NCBI GenBank assembly: GCA_048885185.1
Contig: JBHLQC010000001.1
Location: 1 to 44,753 of the forward strand
Source of the DNA: Candidatus Odinarchaeota archaeon
GTDB lineage: Archaea > Asgardarchaeota > Hermodarchaeia > Hermodarchaeales > Hermodarchaeaceae
Length of the DNA stretch: 44,753 nt
Reading direction: 5' to 3'
This document shows positions 7,413-16,192 of the stretch, piece after piece; position 1 is the stretch's first letter; every line of letters begins with the position of its first letter. The notes beneath the pieces were generated by a model, which had not been told where the DNA came from, did no database searches, and worked only from the letters and a program-made list of their open reading frames with translations. The position numbers and the translations under genes are program-made.

Positions 7413-10226
7413 GTGGTTGAAGATATATTTAGTTTGCTGGATTCCCGGCTTTATGAGGAGCTTGTAAAGCAGGGATTTCAGACTCCAACACCAATACAAG
7501 TCCGTAGTATTCCACGGATACTTAGTGGTGAGTCCGTCTTACTGATTGCACCAACAGGGCATGGGAAAACAGAAGCGGCTTTTTTTCCCCTGATTCACCG
7601 CTTACTTGCATCTTCAAACCCCGTTGAAGGCGTTCAGATCTTGTGGATTACACCGCTTCGTGCCCTAAATAGAGATATTCTGAGACGATTGGTTCTCATC
7701 GCTCAACAACTTCAAATCAGTGTGGAAGTTCGTCATGGTGACACCCCATCCTCAACACGACGAAAACAGACTTTGAAACCACCTCAACTTTTCATTATCA
7801 CACCAGAAACCCTTCAGGCACTCTTAGCAGGGAAACGAATTCGAGAACACTTGCGAAATGTTCAGGGTGTGGTGATTGACGAAATTCATGAACTCGCGGC
7901 GAGTAAACGCGGAGTTCAATTAATGGTAGCCTTAGAAAGATTACGTGAGTTAACTGGATTATCCTTTCAACGAATTGGATTATCTGCCACAGTTGGCAAT
8001 CCAGAAGAAATCGGAGCATTCATGAGTGGTGGAGAAAATGTCGTAATTATTGAATCGCCTGCAAGAAAGGATTTTCATTTTTCCATTGAATATTGTCCAT
8101 TTTCTTACAAGGAATCTGATGAATCTCCTCTTGATGGTCCTGTTCGTAGGATATGGGAATTGGTTAGTCAACATACCTCAACTCTGATTTTTAGTAATGA
8201 ACGCCAGACAGCAGAAGCACTTGCCTTAAGATTAGCGAAACTTCATGGAGGAGATTCCGGAGTCCACCATGGATCACTCTCGCGCGAAGCCCGAGTTGAA
8301 GCTGAAAGGAAATTCAAAATGGGGACTGTACCCTATCTAGTTTGTACCTCATCTTTGGAACTAGGATTAGATATTGGTTCTGTGGATTTAGTAATTCAAT
8401 TCGGCTCGCCACGTCAGGTAGTTCGGCTATTGCAACGTGTCGGGCGATCAGGACACCGTTTAGACCGACGGTCTAAAGGCGTAATGATAACTACACGGTT
8501 TGATGATATCTGTGAAAGTTTAGTAGTAGCTCATCAATCTCTTAAGGGCCAGTTAGAAGTCCCGCCCATTCATAATAACGCGCTTGATATTGTTGCTCAT
8601 CAACTGGTTGGTCTGGCAATCGAATACAAAACCTTGTCATTTCCACAGGCATTTGATATAATAAAGCGGTCAACACCATATCAAGGACTTGAGCAGGATA
8701 CTTTCAATCAAATAGTGGGTTTTCTTCAGAAGGAGGGACTGCTAGCCCGTGATGATGTCATTTTAAGACCTCGACGAAAATCTTATGCCTATTACTTTGA
8801 AAATCTCTCAGTAATTCCTGACACACCTCATCACCGTGTTGTCAATGTTGCCACAAGCAGGCCTGTCGGTCGTTTGGATACTGGATTTGCAGAGGAATTT
8901 GGCCACACCGGTAATATTCTAGTTTTGCGTGGTCGACCATGGGAAGTTGTTAAGCAAGATGAAGAAAACGTATTCGTGACGCCTATTAACCAAACAAAGG
9001 GACGTATTCCTCGTTGGAGTGGAGAGCTAATACCGGTCTCGGAAAATGTTGTTAAAGCAGTTGCTGATCTTTGGATGTATATTGCAGAAAACGTCACTCA
9101 ACCCACCAATCTTGAGTTTGAAATTGCTGTTGATGAGCAAGCTAAAGAAGTAATGCTGAAAACCATCTCAAAACAGCAACAAGAAGAATTCATACCAGAT
9201 AAATCTACGATATTTATTGAAATAGGTCACGAGTTGGTGGTCATTCATTCATGTTACGGAACTCGAGTCAACGAGACGTTAGGCAGAATTCTGGCGGCTC
9301 TATTGACTTCTCAGCTAGGAATGGAAATCGCCTTTCATGCAGATCAATTTCGGATTCTGTTCCGATTTGAGCGAGGAGGTGGTCATCCAATTGGTGAGGC
9401 GATTTATGAAGGTTTACAATCACTTGACCCCGAGCATATCGTTGACCTATTGGAAATGATTTTGTTACGATCACCCTATTTTGCACGACGCTTTCTGCAT
9501 ATCGCTAGAAGATTTGGAGTCATTTCTCATGAAGCAAAACTTCGGAGCACTCAACTTCTTCGAATGATGCAATATTTTACGGAAACGCCCTTAATTGATG
9601 AGGCACTCCACGAATTTTACACTGACAAGCTAGATATTGAAAACACCCAAAGAATCGTAAATGCAATCCAAACAGGTGAAATCATCGTAAAGCGACTCTA
9701 CCAGAAACGACCGTCACCTTTTGCCCGTCAAATTCTAGCGCGATTTGGTGAATTTCTCGAACCTGAAATCCCTGAATCCTACATTCTTGAACAAACCAAA
9801 AATCGACTGTTGAACCGAAAAGTCCGATTAGTTTGTCTCCACTGTGGACAATGGGCAAGTGTCCGGACAATTAAACATTTGAAAGAGCACCCACAGTGCA
9901 AAAAATGTAAATCACGATTGATTGCAGGTGTTTTTCCCACCGATGAGCTTTTAGAGCAAGCTATTCGTCGCCACCGCGCTGGTATGAAACTCACTCCTGA
10001 AGAACAAAAGGCGTTACGGAAAGGACGAGAAAACGCTAATGTGGTTTTAAATTACGGAAAGCCAGCGCTGATTGCGATGGCGGGTCGTGGAATAGGACCG
10101 ACTGTCGTTAAACGAATTATGGCAGGAAGTCATGACCGACCTGAAAAAGAATTTTATCTTCTCATTTTAGAGAACGAAAAGCAGTTTATCAGAACACGGG
10201 AGTGGTGGACCGAACCTAAAATATAA
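7413..10226 (+). CDS. lhr: Lhr-type ATP-dependent DEAD/DEAH-box helicase
   Basis: 937 aa with motif I APTGHGKTEAA, motif II VVIDEIHEL, SAT, and motif VI QRVGRSGHR. The long C-terminal extension carries a CLHCG...CKKCKSR zinc ribbon, as in large archaeal Lhr helicases. Confidence 0.85.
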   Translation: MVEDIFSLLDSRLYEELVKQGFQTPTPIQVRSIPRILSGESVLLIAPTGHGKTEAAFFPLIHRLLASSNPVEGVQILWITPLRALNRDILRRLVLIAQQLQISVEVRHGDTPSSTRRKQTLKPPQLFIITPETLQALLAGKRIREHLRNVQGVVIDEIHELAASKRGVQLMVALERLRELTGLSFQRIGLSATVGNPEEIGAFMSGGENVVIIESPARKDFHFSIEYCPFSYKESDESPLDGPVRRIWELVSQHTSTLIFSNERQTAEALALRLAKLHGGDSGVHHGSLSREARVEAERKFKMGTVPYLVCTSSLELGLDIGSVDLVIQFGSPRQVVRLLQRVGRSGHRLDRRSKGVMITTRFDDICESLVVAHQSLKGQLEVPPIHNNALDIVAHQLVGLAIEYKTLSFPQAFDIIKRSTPYQGLEQDTFNQIVGFLQKEGLLARDDVILRPRRKSYAYYFENLSVIPDTPHHRVVNVATSRPVGRLDTGFAEEFGHTGNILVLRGRPWEVVKQDEENVFVTPINQTKGRIPRWSGELIPVSENVVKAVADLWMYIAENVTQPTNLEFEIAVDEQAKEVMLKTISKQQQEEFIPDKSTIFIEIGHELVVIHSCYGTRVNETLGRILAALLTSQLGMEIAFHADQFRILFRFERGGGHPIGEAIYEGLQSLDPEHIVDLLEMILLRSPYFARRFLHIARRFGVISHEAKLRSTQLLRMMQYFTETPLIDEALHEFYTDKLDIENTQRIVNAIQTGEIIVKRLYQKRPSPFARQILARFGEFLEPEIPESYILEQTKNRLLNRKVRLVCLHCGQWASVRTIKHLKEHPQCKKCKSRLIAGVFPTDELLEQAIRRHRAGMKLTPEEQKALRKGRENANVVLNYGKPALIAMAGRGIGPTVVKRIMAGSHDRPEKEFYLLILENEKQFIRTREWWTEPKI

Positions 10227-10393
10227 GATAGGAAAAATCTTGGCTAATCCTCTTCACGCCCACCAAGAATATGGAAGGCCATAATGAGAAACGCAGCTAG
10301 GATTGCAAGTCCGAGTGTTGCCATTTGATAAACCTGATAAAATACATCCATGAAGAGAACCGTTCTGCAACATGCTTAGCTTGTTTTTAACTT

Positions 10394-10828
10394 TTACTCA
10401 ATACTCCCCTTTCTTGATTTACGGGTAGACTGTGTTTCAGGCAACGTTTCCCATTCAACTCGTAGAGTATCATACATCATATCATCCACACGAATTTCCG
10501 AAAAAACTCCAAGAGCTCCTGCTAGTATTTTCGATAAAATATGATAGCAAAGATCAGTCGAGCGTTTTACGATGACGTTAATATAGAAGTCTTCACAATC
10601 GCAATAAATCTCAGACAACACCCGGTAATCTCGAGATTTTCCGACTACAATCCAAGCCTCTCTCCCACTTGGTTCAAAAATATATTTTTTCACAAGATCA
10701 TTCGTTACCGCTTTGAGTGCTTTCCAAAATCGGTCTCCACAGTATCGAGCCAAGGCTGACAGTTCCGAGCCAGAAATACATTGATTTTCACGAATAGTGT
10801 TAATCGTGGTGGCAAGTTCCTTCTTCAT
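10394..10828 (-). CDS. SWIM zinc-finger protein
   Basis: 144 aa with a canonical SWIM signature, CDCEDFYINVIVKRSTDLCYHI (CxCxnCxH). Confidence 0.65.
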   Translation of the reverse strand: MKKELATTINTIRENQCISGSELSALARYCGDRFWKALKAVTNDLVKKYIFEPSGREAWIVVGKSRDYRVLSEIYCDCEDFYINVIVKRSTDLCYHILSKILAGALGVFSEIRVDDMMYDTLRVEWETLPETQSTRKSRKGSIE

Positions 10829-10891
10829 CGTTACAATCGTTTCTTATCACAAAGAAAAAAATACCTATCGGATTAGTAAATATGAGAAAGA

Positions 10892-11716
10892 ATGCATTTG
10901 AAATTAATAAAAAACGAACCGGCTCTACTTCTTCAGGAAGGTTCACGCCGTATTTTAGTTGTGGCAGATTTGCACATCGGATACGAACGCACACTCTTCA
11001 AACAGAATCAGTACTCATCCAATCTAACTAGCAGGATTATTCAGCACTTCGATAACTTGGTTTCGACAACCAAACCAAGTGAAGTTATAATCTTGGGTGA
11101 TCTCAAGCATTCTATCAGAGAATTTTCTAGACAAGAGTTTCATGAAGTTGCGCAACTATTACACCGGATTCAACAAAAAGTGTCAATAACCATAATCCGT
11201 GGTAACCATGATGCAGACCTGGAGTTAGTCGTTCCTGACAACACAGCTATTATCCCGTCTTCGGGTCTAAGAATTAAGTTTCGTTCCCAACATGTCTATC
11301 TTCTCCACGGTCATGCTCAACCCACTGCAGAAATTTTGACTTGTGATAGTCTTCTTATGGGTCACATTCACCCAACTTTGGCACGTCCTACACTTCAAGG
11401 ACCAATGCGCACTCATCGAGTTTGGGTTAGGACCAAATGGCAACCAACGATTCTAGATGCAATTGAATCATGGATAGGAAAAGAGGCGGTCACCAATGAG
11501 CAAGAACGGATTCAACAACTTCTCCAAATGAAAATCTTAATTTTACCAGCCTTTCTTGACCTGCTTCAAGGTCATATCTTAAACCGCACTAAACCCAAGG
11601 AACCAGCCGGTACACCGATATTTCGATATCTCTCAATGGGAGAGGCAGAACTTTTCATGCTCGATCAAACTCCGCTTGGGAAACTCAGCCAACTACGCCA
11701 ACAAAACTCGTGCTGA
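10892..11716 (+). CDS. Calcineurin-like metallophosphoesterase (SbcD/Mre11-related archaeal family)
   Basis: 274 aa carrying the full metallophosphoesterase motif set: VVADLHIG, GDLKH, RGNHD, LLHGH, GHIHP. Confidence 0.8.
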   Translation: MHLKLIKNEPALLLQEGSRRILVVADLHIGYERTLFKQNQYSSNLTSRIIQHFDNLVSTTKPSEVIILGDLKHSIREFSRQEFHEVAQLLHRIQQKVSITIIRGNHDADLELVVPDNTAIIPSSGLRIKFRSQHVYLLHGHAQPTAEILTCDSLLMGHIHPTLARPTLQGPMRTHRVWVRTKWQPTILDAIESWIGKEAVTNEQERIQQLLQMKILILPAFLDLLQGHILNRTKPKEPAGTPIFRYLSMGEAELFMLDQTPLGKLSQLRQQNSC

Positions 11717-11759
11717 AAAGAAACATTTTAAGCTGAAATTCCCTGTATCCTGCCACGCT

Positions 11760-11958
11760 GGGTCGATGGTCTAGATTCCCGGGGAACTCGATTTCCCGGA
11801 CTAGTTTGGTATAGAAAAAGGAACTAGTTCCTTTTATCGCCAAAGATTCGCGGTTCGGGACCAGGAGTTTTACACAAACTCCCGGCGGGAATCCGTGAGA
11901 TCCGGGGTTCAAAACCAGGAAGTATTTCTAACTGGGGAAAATCCCCGTCGGCCCACCA
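11760..11958 (+). tRNA. tRNA-Pro(CGG) interrupted by four introns, CCA encoded
   Basis: Acceptor stem is GGGTCGA/TCGGCCC, followed by A73 and CCA. Introns lie at 11777-11806, 11813-11844, 11860-11891 (canonical 37/38) and 11914-11941 (59/60). Each is bounded by a 4-bp helix flanked by two 3-nt bulges. The spliced product is GGGTCGA TG GTCT AGATTGGTA TGAT T CGCGG TTCGGGT CCGTG AGATC CGGGG TTCAAAT CCCCG TCGGCCC A CCA. The anticodon CGG sits at 11856-11858, with G37. ORF 11685-11912 (-) is spurious. Confidence 0.8.
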
Positions 11959-12040
11959 CTAACCTTTTTGAACGTTGATTTTTTTGGAGAAAGTTCGTCA
12001 ATTAACGTAAATTTGCGTAAAGCACTTAAACTATGATACG

Positions 12041-12790
12041 ATGCGTGTAGCTATGCCCGTGGCGGCACAGATTAGACAACGACTTGCTCGACGTATAGCT
12101 GGGGAAATATCCTTATCCGATCAACCAGGTCGTGTAATGAGACAATGGAGAGAAATGTTCCATATCCCCCAAATTCAATTAGCCGAATCTTTGGGGGTTT
12201 CTCCTTCAGTTATCAGCGATTATGAGAGTGGTCGCCGCCAGTCACCAGGCACTAAAACCATAAAGCGTTTTGTTGAGACCATCATTACTTTGGATGAGCA
12301 CAACGGTGGACAGGTAGTCAATGCTTTTCAACGCTTGATGGGTGTGGAGATTCCAACCAGTATAATATTGGACATTCGTGAGTTTAGCAAAGGTGTTACC
12401 GCAATAGATCTGCTTGAAAGTATCCGCGCGCAGGTTGTTGCAGGTGAAGAGGCGTTAGAACGAGAGGTGCTGGGCTATGTGGTCGTTGATACCACAAAGG
12501 CGCTAGACGTTTTATCAAGCAACGGTTTTCGAAAACTCTTTGAATCAACAGGAGAACGGGCATTAATACTCGTAAATGCCTCAACAGGACGCTCCCCATT
12601 AATTACGGTCAAAGACAATTTTAAACCAAGTCTTTTTGTATTACATGGTGTAGAACAACTGGATTATCTCGCTATTGAACTCGCTAATAGAGAAAGAGTT
12701 CCTTTAGCAGTGTCGCGTATGGAATCAATTGAAGGTATGTTACGAAAGTTACAAATCCTTGGGAAATATTCCCTTAACGAAAAAACATGA
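12041..12790 (+). CDS. XRE-type HTH transcription regulator with an archaeal C-terminal domain
   Basis: 249 aa. The HTH is IPQIQLAESLGVSPSVISDYESGRRQSPG. It resembles the conserved archaeal family of putative HTH-type regulators. Its TGA overlaps the atpF ATG (ATGA at 12787-12790). Confidence 0.7.
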   Translation: MRVAMPVAAQIRQRLARRIAGEISLSDQPGRVMRQWREMFHIPQIQLAESLGVSPSVISDYESGRRQSPGTKTIKRFVETIITLDEHNGGQVVNAFQRLMGVEIPTSIILDIREFSKGVTAIDLLESIRAQVVAGEEALEREVLGYVVVDTTKALDVLSSNGFRKLFESTGERALILVNASTGRSPLITVKDNFKPSLFVLHGVEQLDYLAIELANRERVPLAVSRMESIEGMLRKLQILGKYSLNEKT

Positions 12791-13125
12791 GACGAACGAA
12801 CATGACTGATAAGATTGCGATCATTGGTGATGTCGATACAGTTGTGGGCTTTAGATTAGCAGGAATTCTGAAGTCGAGCACACCCTCAGATGCGGCTTCA
12901 ACTAGAAGGGCTTTGTTAGATTTTTCAGGAGATTCAAATGTCTCCATTATAATTATCACTGAACGTTATGCAGAAGATATACGCGAGAATATTGAAGAAT
13001 TATCTCAGCGCCCTTATCCGGTTATAGTCGAGATTCCTGACAAAAGTGGTCATCTCGCGGAAAAAGAAAGTCCATTACGAAGATTAGTCAAACGAGCAAT
13101 TGGAGTTGAACTAGAAGGATTCTGA
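12787..13125 (+). CDS. atpF: A-type ATP synthase subunit F
   Basis: 112 aa with KIAIIGDVDTVVGFRLAGI...IIIITERYAEDIRENI...PVIVEIPDK, the typical V/A-ATPase F subunit pattern, located directly upstream of atpA. Confidence 0.85.
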   Translation: MRRTNMTDKIAIIGDVDTVVGFRLAGILKSSTPSDAASTRRALLDFSGDSNVSIIIITERYAEDIRENIEELSQRPYPVIVEIPDKSGHLAEKESPLRRLVKRAIGVELEGF

Positions 13126-13206
13126 AACTGTCTAGCCACCATAAGATTTTTGACAACATAATATAGCTGATAGTGAAACGAGATAGCGGTTTACCAACAA
13201 GGACGG

Positions 13207-14988
13207 TTGAGAATGACAACGCGAATTGGAAATATTCAACGAATTGCAGGACCTCTAATTGAGGCTGATGGTCTCCTTGGAGTGACCATGTTTGAAGTCT
13301 GTAGAGTAGGTTCAGAGGAATTAATTGGCGAAGTTAATCGTGTCGTCGGTGATCGAGCTTTTATCCAAGTTTATGAAGAAACCTCTGGTCTGAAACCTGG
13401 TGAAAAAGTAGTTGCCACAGGGACTTCTCTTGATGTTGAACTTGGCCCGGGTCTAGTCGGTTCCATTTTTGATGGTATCCAACGACCACTGCCTAGCATT
13501 AAGGACCAAGTGGGTGATTTCATTACCCGAGGTGTAACAGCACCTCCACTGCCCGTTGACAAGCAATGGTCGTTTAAACCCTTAATAGAAAAAGGCGCTT
13601 CTGTGATAGGAGGAGATGTGTTAGGTACTGTCCAAGAGACGAGTGTATTTCTACACAAGATTTTGGTCCCACCAAGAATTCAAGGGAAAGTAACACACAT
13701 TGTCAATGCAGGAGACTACACTATCAAAGATGTCATCGCACAAGTGCAGACACCTTCTGGTAAGCGAGATCTTACTCTAACTCAAAGATGGCCAGTTCGT
13801 ATAGGACGCCCTTATGCCAGCAAAATTGGCACCGAGGTTCCTCTTTTCACTGGTCAAAGAGTGATTGATTCATTCTTCCCAGTCGCCAAAGGCGGAACAG
13901 GGGCCATCCCCGGAGGATTCGGAACTGGTAAAACCGTAACCCTTCATCAGCTCGCAAAATGGGCAGATGCAGAAATTATTGTTTATGTTGGCTGTGGTGA
14001 ACGCGGAAACGAAATGACGGAAGTCTTAGAAGACTTTCCTAAGTTGAAAGACCCTAAAAGTGGAAAATCGCTTATGGAAAGAACGCTTCTTGTAGCCAAT
14101 ACGAGTAACATGCCTGTCGCGGCCCGTGAAGCATCAATTTATACTGGAATTACACTTGCAGAATATTTTAGAGATCAAGGTTATGATGTTGCTCTAATGG
14201 CGGATAGTACTTCACGGTGGGCAGAAGCCTTACGTGAAATTTCAGGACGATTAGAAGAAATGCCAGGAGAAGAAGGTTATCCTGCGTATCTTGGTAGTCG
14301 ATTGGCAGAATTCTACGAAAGAGCGGGACGTGTTGAAACACTAGGCAACGAACCTCGTGTTGGAAGTGTTACAGTTACTGGAGCTGTTTCACCGGCAGGA
14401 GGAGACTTCTCTGAACCCGTTACTCAATCAACCCTACGAATTACAAAGGTTTTCTGGGCATTGGATAAGGATATGGCCTCAAGGCGATTCTTCCCCGCAA
14501 TTAATTACTTGCAGAGCTATTCATTGTATAAAGATGAGTTAGCATCCTGGTATCAAGGAAAGATGGGTGATGATTGGCCTGAGCTGACTGAGGAAGCCCT
14601 ATCAATCCTTCAGCGTGATAAGGAACTTCGTGAAATTGTACAACTCGTAGGTCCTGATGCTTTACCAGAACGTGAACGCGCAATTCTGGAAGCAGCTCGT
14701 ATGGTGAAGGAAGATTACCTCATGCAATCAGCACTTCACCCAGTGGACACATATTGCCCTGAATCGAAAAGCTACTGGATGCTAAAGATTATCATGGAAT
14801 TCTGGCAACAGATGCAGAAATCTATTGATGAAGGCGTCCCACTACGACGGATAATCGCTCTTCCTGTCGTAGGGAAAATTGCACGAATGAAAGTCCAACC
14901 GCACGATCAACCTGATTCAATGGCACAATACTTCCAAAATCTGCAAACAGAAATTACTAAGGGATTTGCATCGATAGAAGCGAGTTAG
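13207..14988 (+). CDS. atpA: A-type ATP synthase catalytic subunit A
   Basis: 593 aa with P-loop GGFGTGKTV, plus CGERGNEMTEVL, ADSTSRWAEALREISGRLEEMPGEEGYPAYL. The likely real start is ATG 13213. Length is normal, so no intein. Confidence 0.95.
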   Translation: MRMTTRIGNIQRIAGPLIEADGLLGVTMFEVCRVGSEELIGEVNRVVGDRAFIQVYEETSGLKPGEKVVATGTSLDVELGPGLVGSIFDGIQRPLPSIKDQVGDFITRGVTAPPLPVDKQWSFKPLIEKGASVIGGDVLGTVQETSVFLHKILVPPRIQGKVTHIVNAGDYTIKDVIAQVQTPSGKRDLTLTQRWPVRIGRPYASKIGTEVPLFTGQRVIDSFFPVAKGGTGAIPGGFGTGKTVTLHQLAKWADAEIIVYVGCGERGNEMTEVLEDFPKLKDPKSGKSLMERTLLVANTSNMPVAAREASIYTGITLAEYFRDQGYDVALMADSTSRWAEALREISGRLEEMPGEEGYPAYLGSRLAEFYERAGRVETLGNEPRVGSVTVTGAVSPAGGDFSEPVTQSTLRITKVFWALDKDMASRRFFPAINYLQSYSLYKDELASWYQGKMGDDWPELTEEALSILQRDKELREIVQLVGPDALPERERAILEAARMVKEDYLMQSALHPVDTYCPESKSYWMLKIIMEFWQQMQKSIDEGVPLRRIIALPVVGKIARMKVQPHDQPDSMAQYFQNLQTEITKGFASIEAS

Positions 14989-15057
14989 GTAAAAAATCAC
15001 TACCCAAATAATGGCACTGGATTAAAGTCCTCCCCACCCGGGGAGAGGCGTATTCCA

Positions 15058-16050
15058 ATGATAGATGAAACCCGAAAAGCAATCAAATGGGGGAGAAGTA
15101 AGACCCTGGTAGTGAGTTTGCCACGTCGCTGGATTAAGAAGTATGGTATTGAACCTGATTCGCAACTCCATATCCAAGAGGGCCCTGAGGGTCATTTGAA
15201 AATAATGCCACTTCAGATTACAGGAACCCCCTCAGAAAAGACTGCTACAATCCGACTGCTCGAACAAGATGAACTAACACTTTCAACAATTCTCGAAACG
15301 TACTATGTAGTTGGCTACGATCAACTAACGATTGAGAGCAGCCGTCGTTTGAATGAGCCAGTTCGGAAAATTTTGAACAAAATTGTAAACCAGCTCCCTG
15401 GATATGAAATTTTGGAGAGCACAGACCGCAGAGTTACGATAAAAGGTGTAAGTGTTATCCGTGGTCAAGATATCATGGAATTCGTAAAAATGAGCAGCCG
15501 AACGACGATTGAAATGATTGAGAAACTCATTATCGGACTTAGATCAGGTCCAGATGAAACCGAACGCGTTGCAAACGAATTAATCGATGATAGTTGGCGC
15601 CAACGAGGAAATTACTTACGAGCTCAACGAGAACTTAGGAAAGCCATGACGGTTCGACCTTCTGGGTTAAAGCTAGAAACCGCCTACATTTTTGATACGG
15701 CCTATTATGTACTCCAACTACACAATATTCATGAAAACATCCAATACATCGCAGAAGCCTTAACACGCCGTCAACCCCCTGATGAACAGAATAAGCTGGC
15801 TGTGGCCGCTTTGAACAAGGTGTGTGAAAATCTCAAAAAAGCCATTTCTGCGTTCTTACAAAGAAACCAAGAGATGGTTCGCCAAGTGCTAGGAGAAATA
15901 CCTCTTTTGCGGCAATGGAAGCGTCAGACTGAAACCATTGTCGATGTGATGAAAGATTCCGTAATCACACAAATCATCCTGGATCGTATGGAAGAAATGT
16001 TGGCCTATAACAGTGGAATAGCGAAAACGGCTTTGTTATTAAAGGCATAA
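15058..16050 (+). CDS. AbrB/SpoVT-domain plus PhoU-domain regulator (phosphate-uptake-regulator-like)
   Basis: 330 aa. The N-terminus KTLVVSLPRRWIKKYGIEPDSQLHIQEG is a looped-hinge AbrB-type domain. The helical C-terminal two thirds are PhoU-like. It is a paralogue of 26123-27088. Confidence 0.7.
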   Translation: MIDETRKAIKWGRSKTLVVSLPRRWIKKYGIEPDSQLHIQEGPEGHLKIMPLQITGTPSEKTATIRLLEQDELTLSTILETYYVVGYDQLTIESSRRLNEPVRKILNKIVNQLPGYEILESTDRRVTIKGVSVIRGQDIMEFVKMSSRTTIEMIEKLIIGLRSGPDETERVANELIDDSWRQRGNYLRAQRELRKAMTVRPSGLKLETAYIFDTAYYVLQLHNIHENIQYIAEALTRRQPPDEQNKLAVAALNKVCENLKKAISAFLQRNQEMVRQVLGEIPLLRQWKRQTETIVDVMKDSVITQIILDRMEEMLAYNSGIAKTALLLKA

Positions 16051-16192
16051 TTTGTAACGTGAACTTTGCTCTAAGAAAAAAGTGTCAAATTAATTTCTCG
16101 TCTCAAGGTAAGGCTTAAAAGTTGCACAAGCCTAGTGACCGAAGCCAGCCATCTTTCATTAGAAGGATATTTGGAACTGTGAGGCTGCAAAA

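Noticed and set aside
10244-10351. 35-codon minus-strand ORF MDVFYQVYQMATLGLAILAAFLIMAFHILGGREED (one predicted TM)
   Set aside because: It could be a real small membrane protein in the 167-nt gap after lhr. With no homology evidence and no clear ribosome-binding site, I cannot support it.
11685-11912. 75-aa minus-strand ORF
   Set aside because: It overlaps the tRNA-Pro locus almost completely and has no recognisable protein features.
13150-13163. Exact 14-mer TTGACAACATAATA shared with 42154-42167, both upstream of gene starts
   Set aside because: With about 2x10^9 position pairs on both strands in a 45-kb AT-biased window, several exact 14-mer matches are expected by chance. There is no further similarity around the match.
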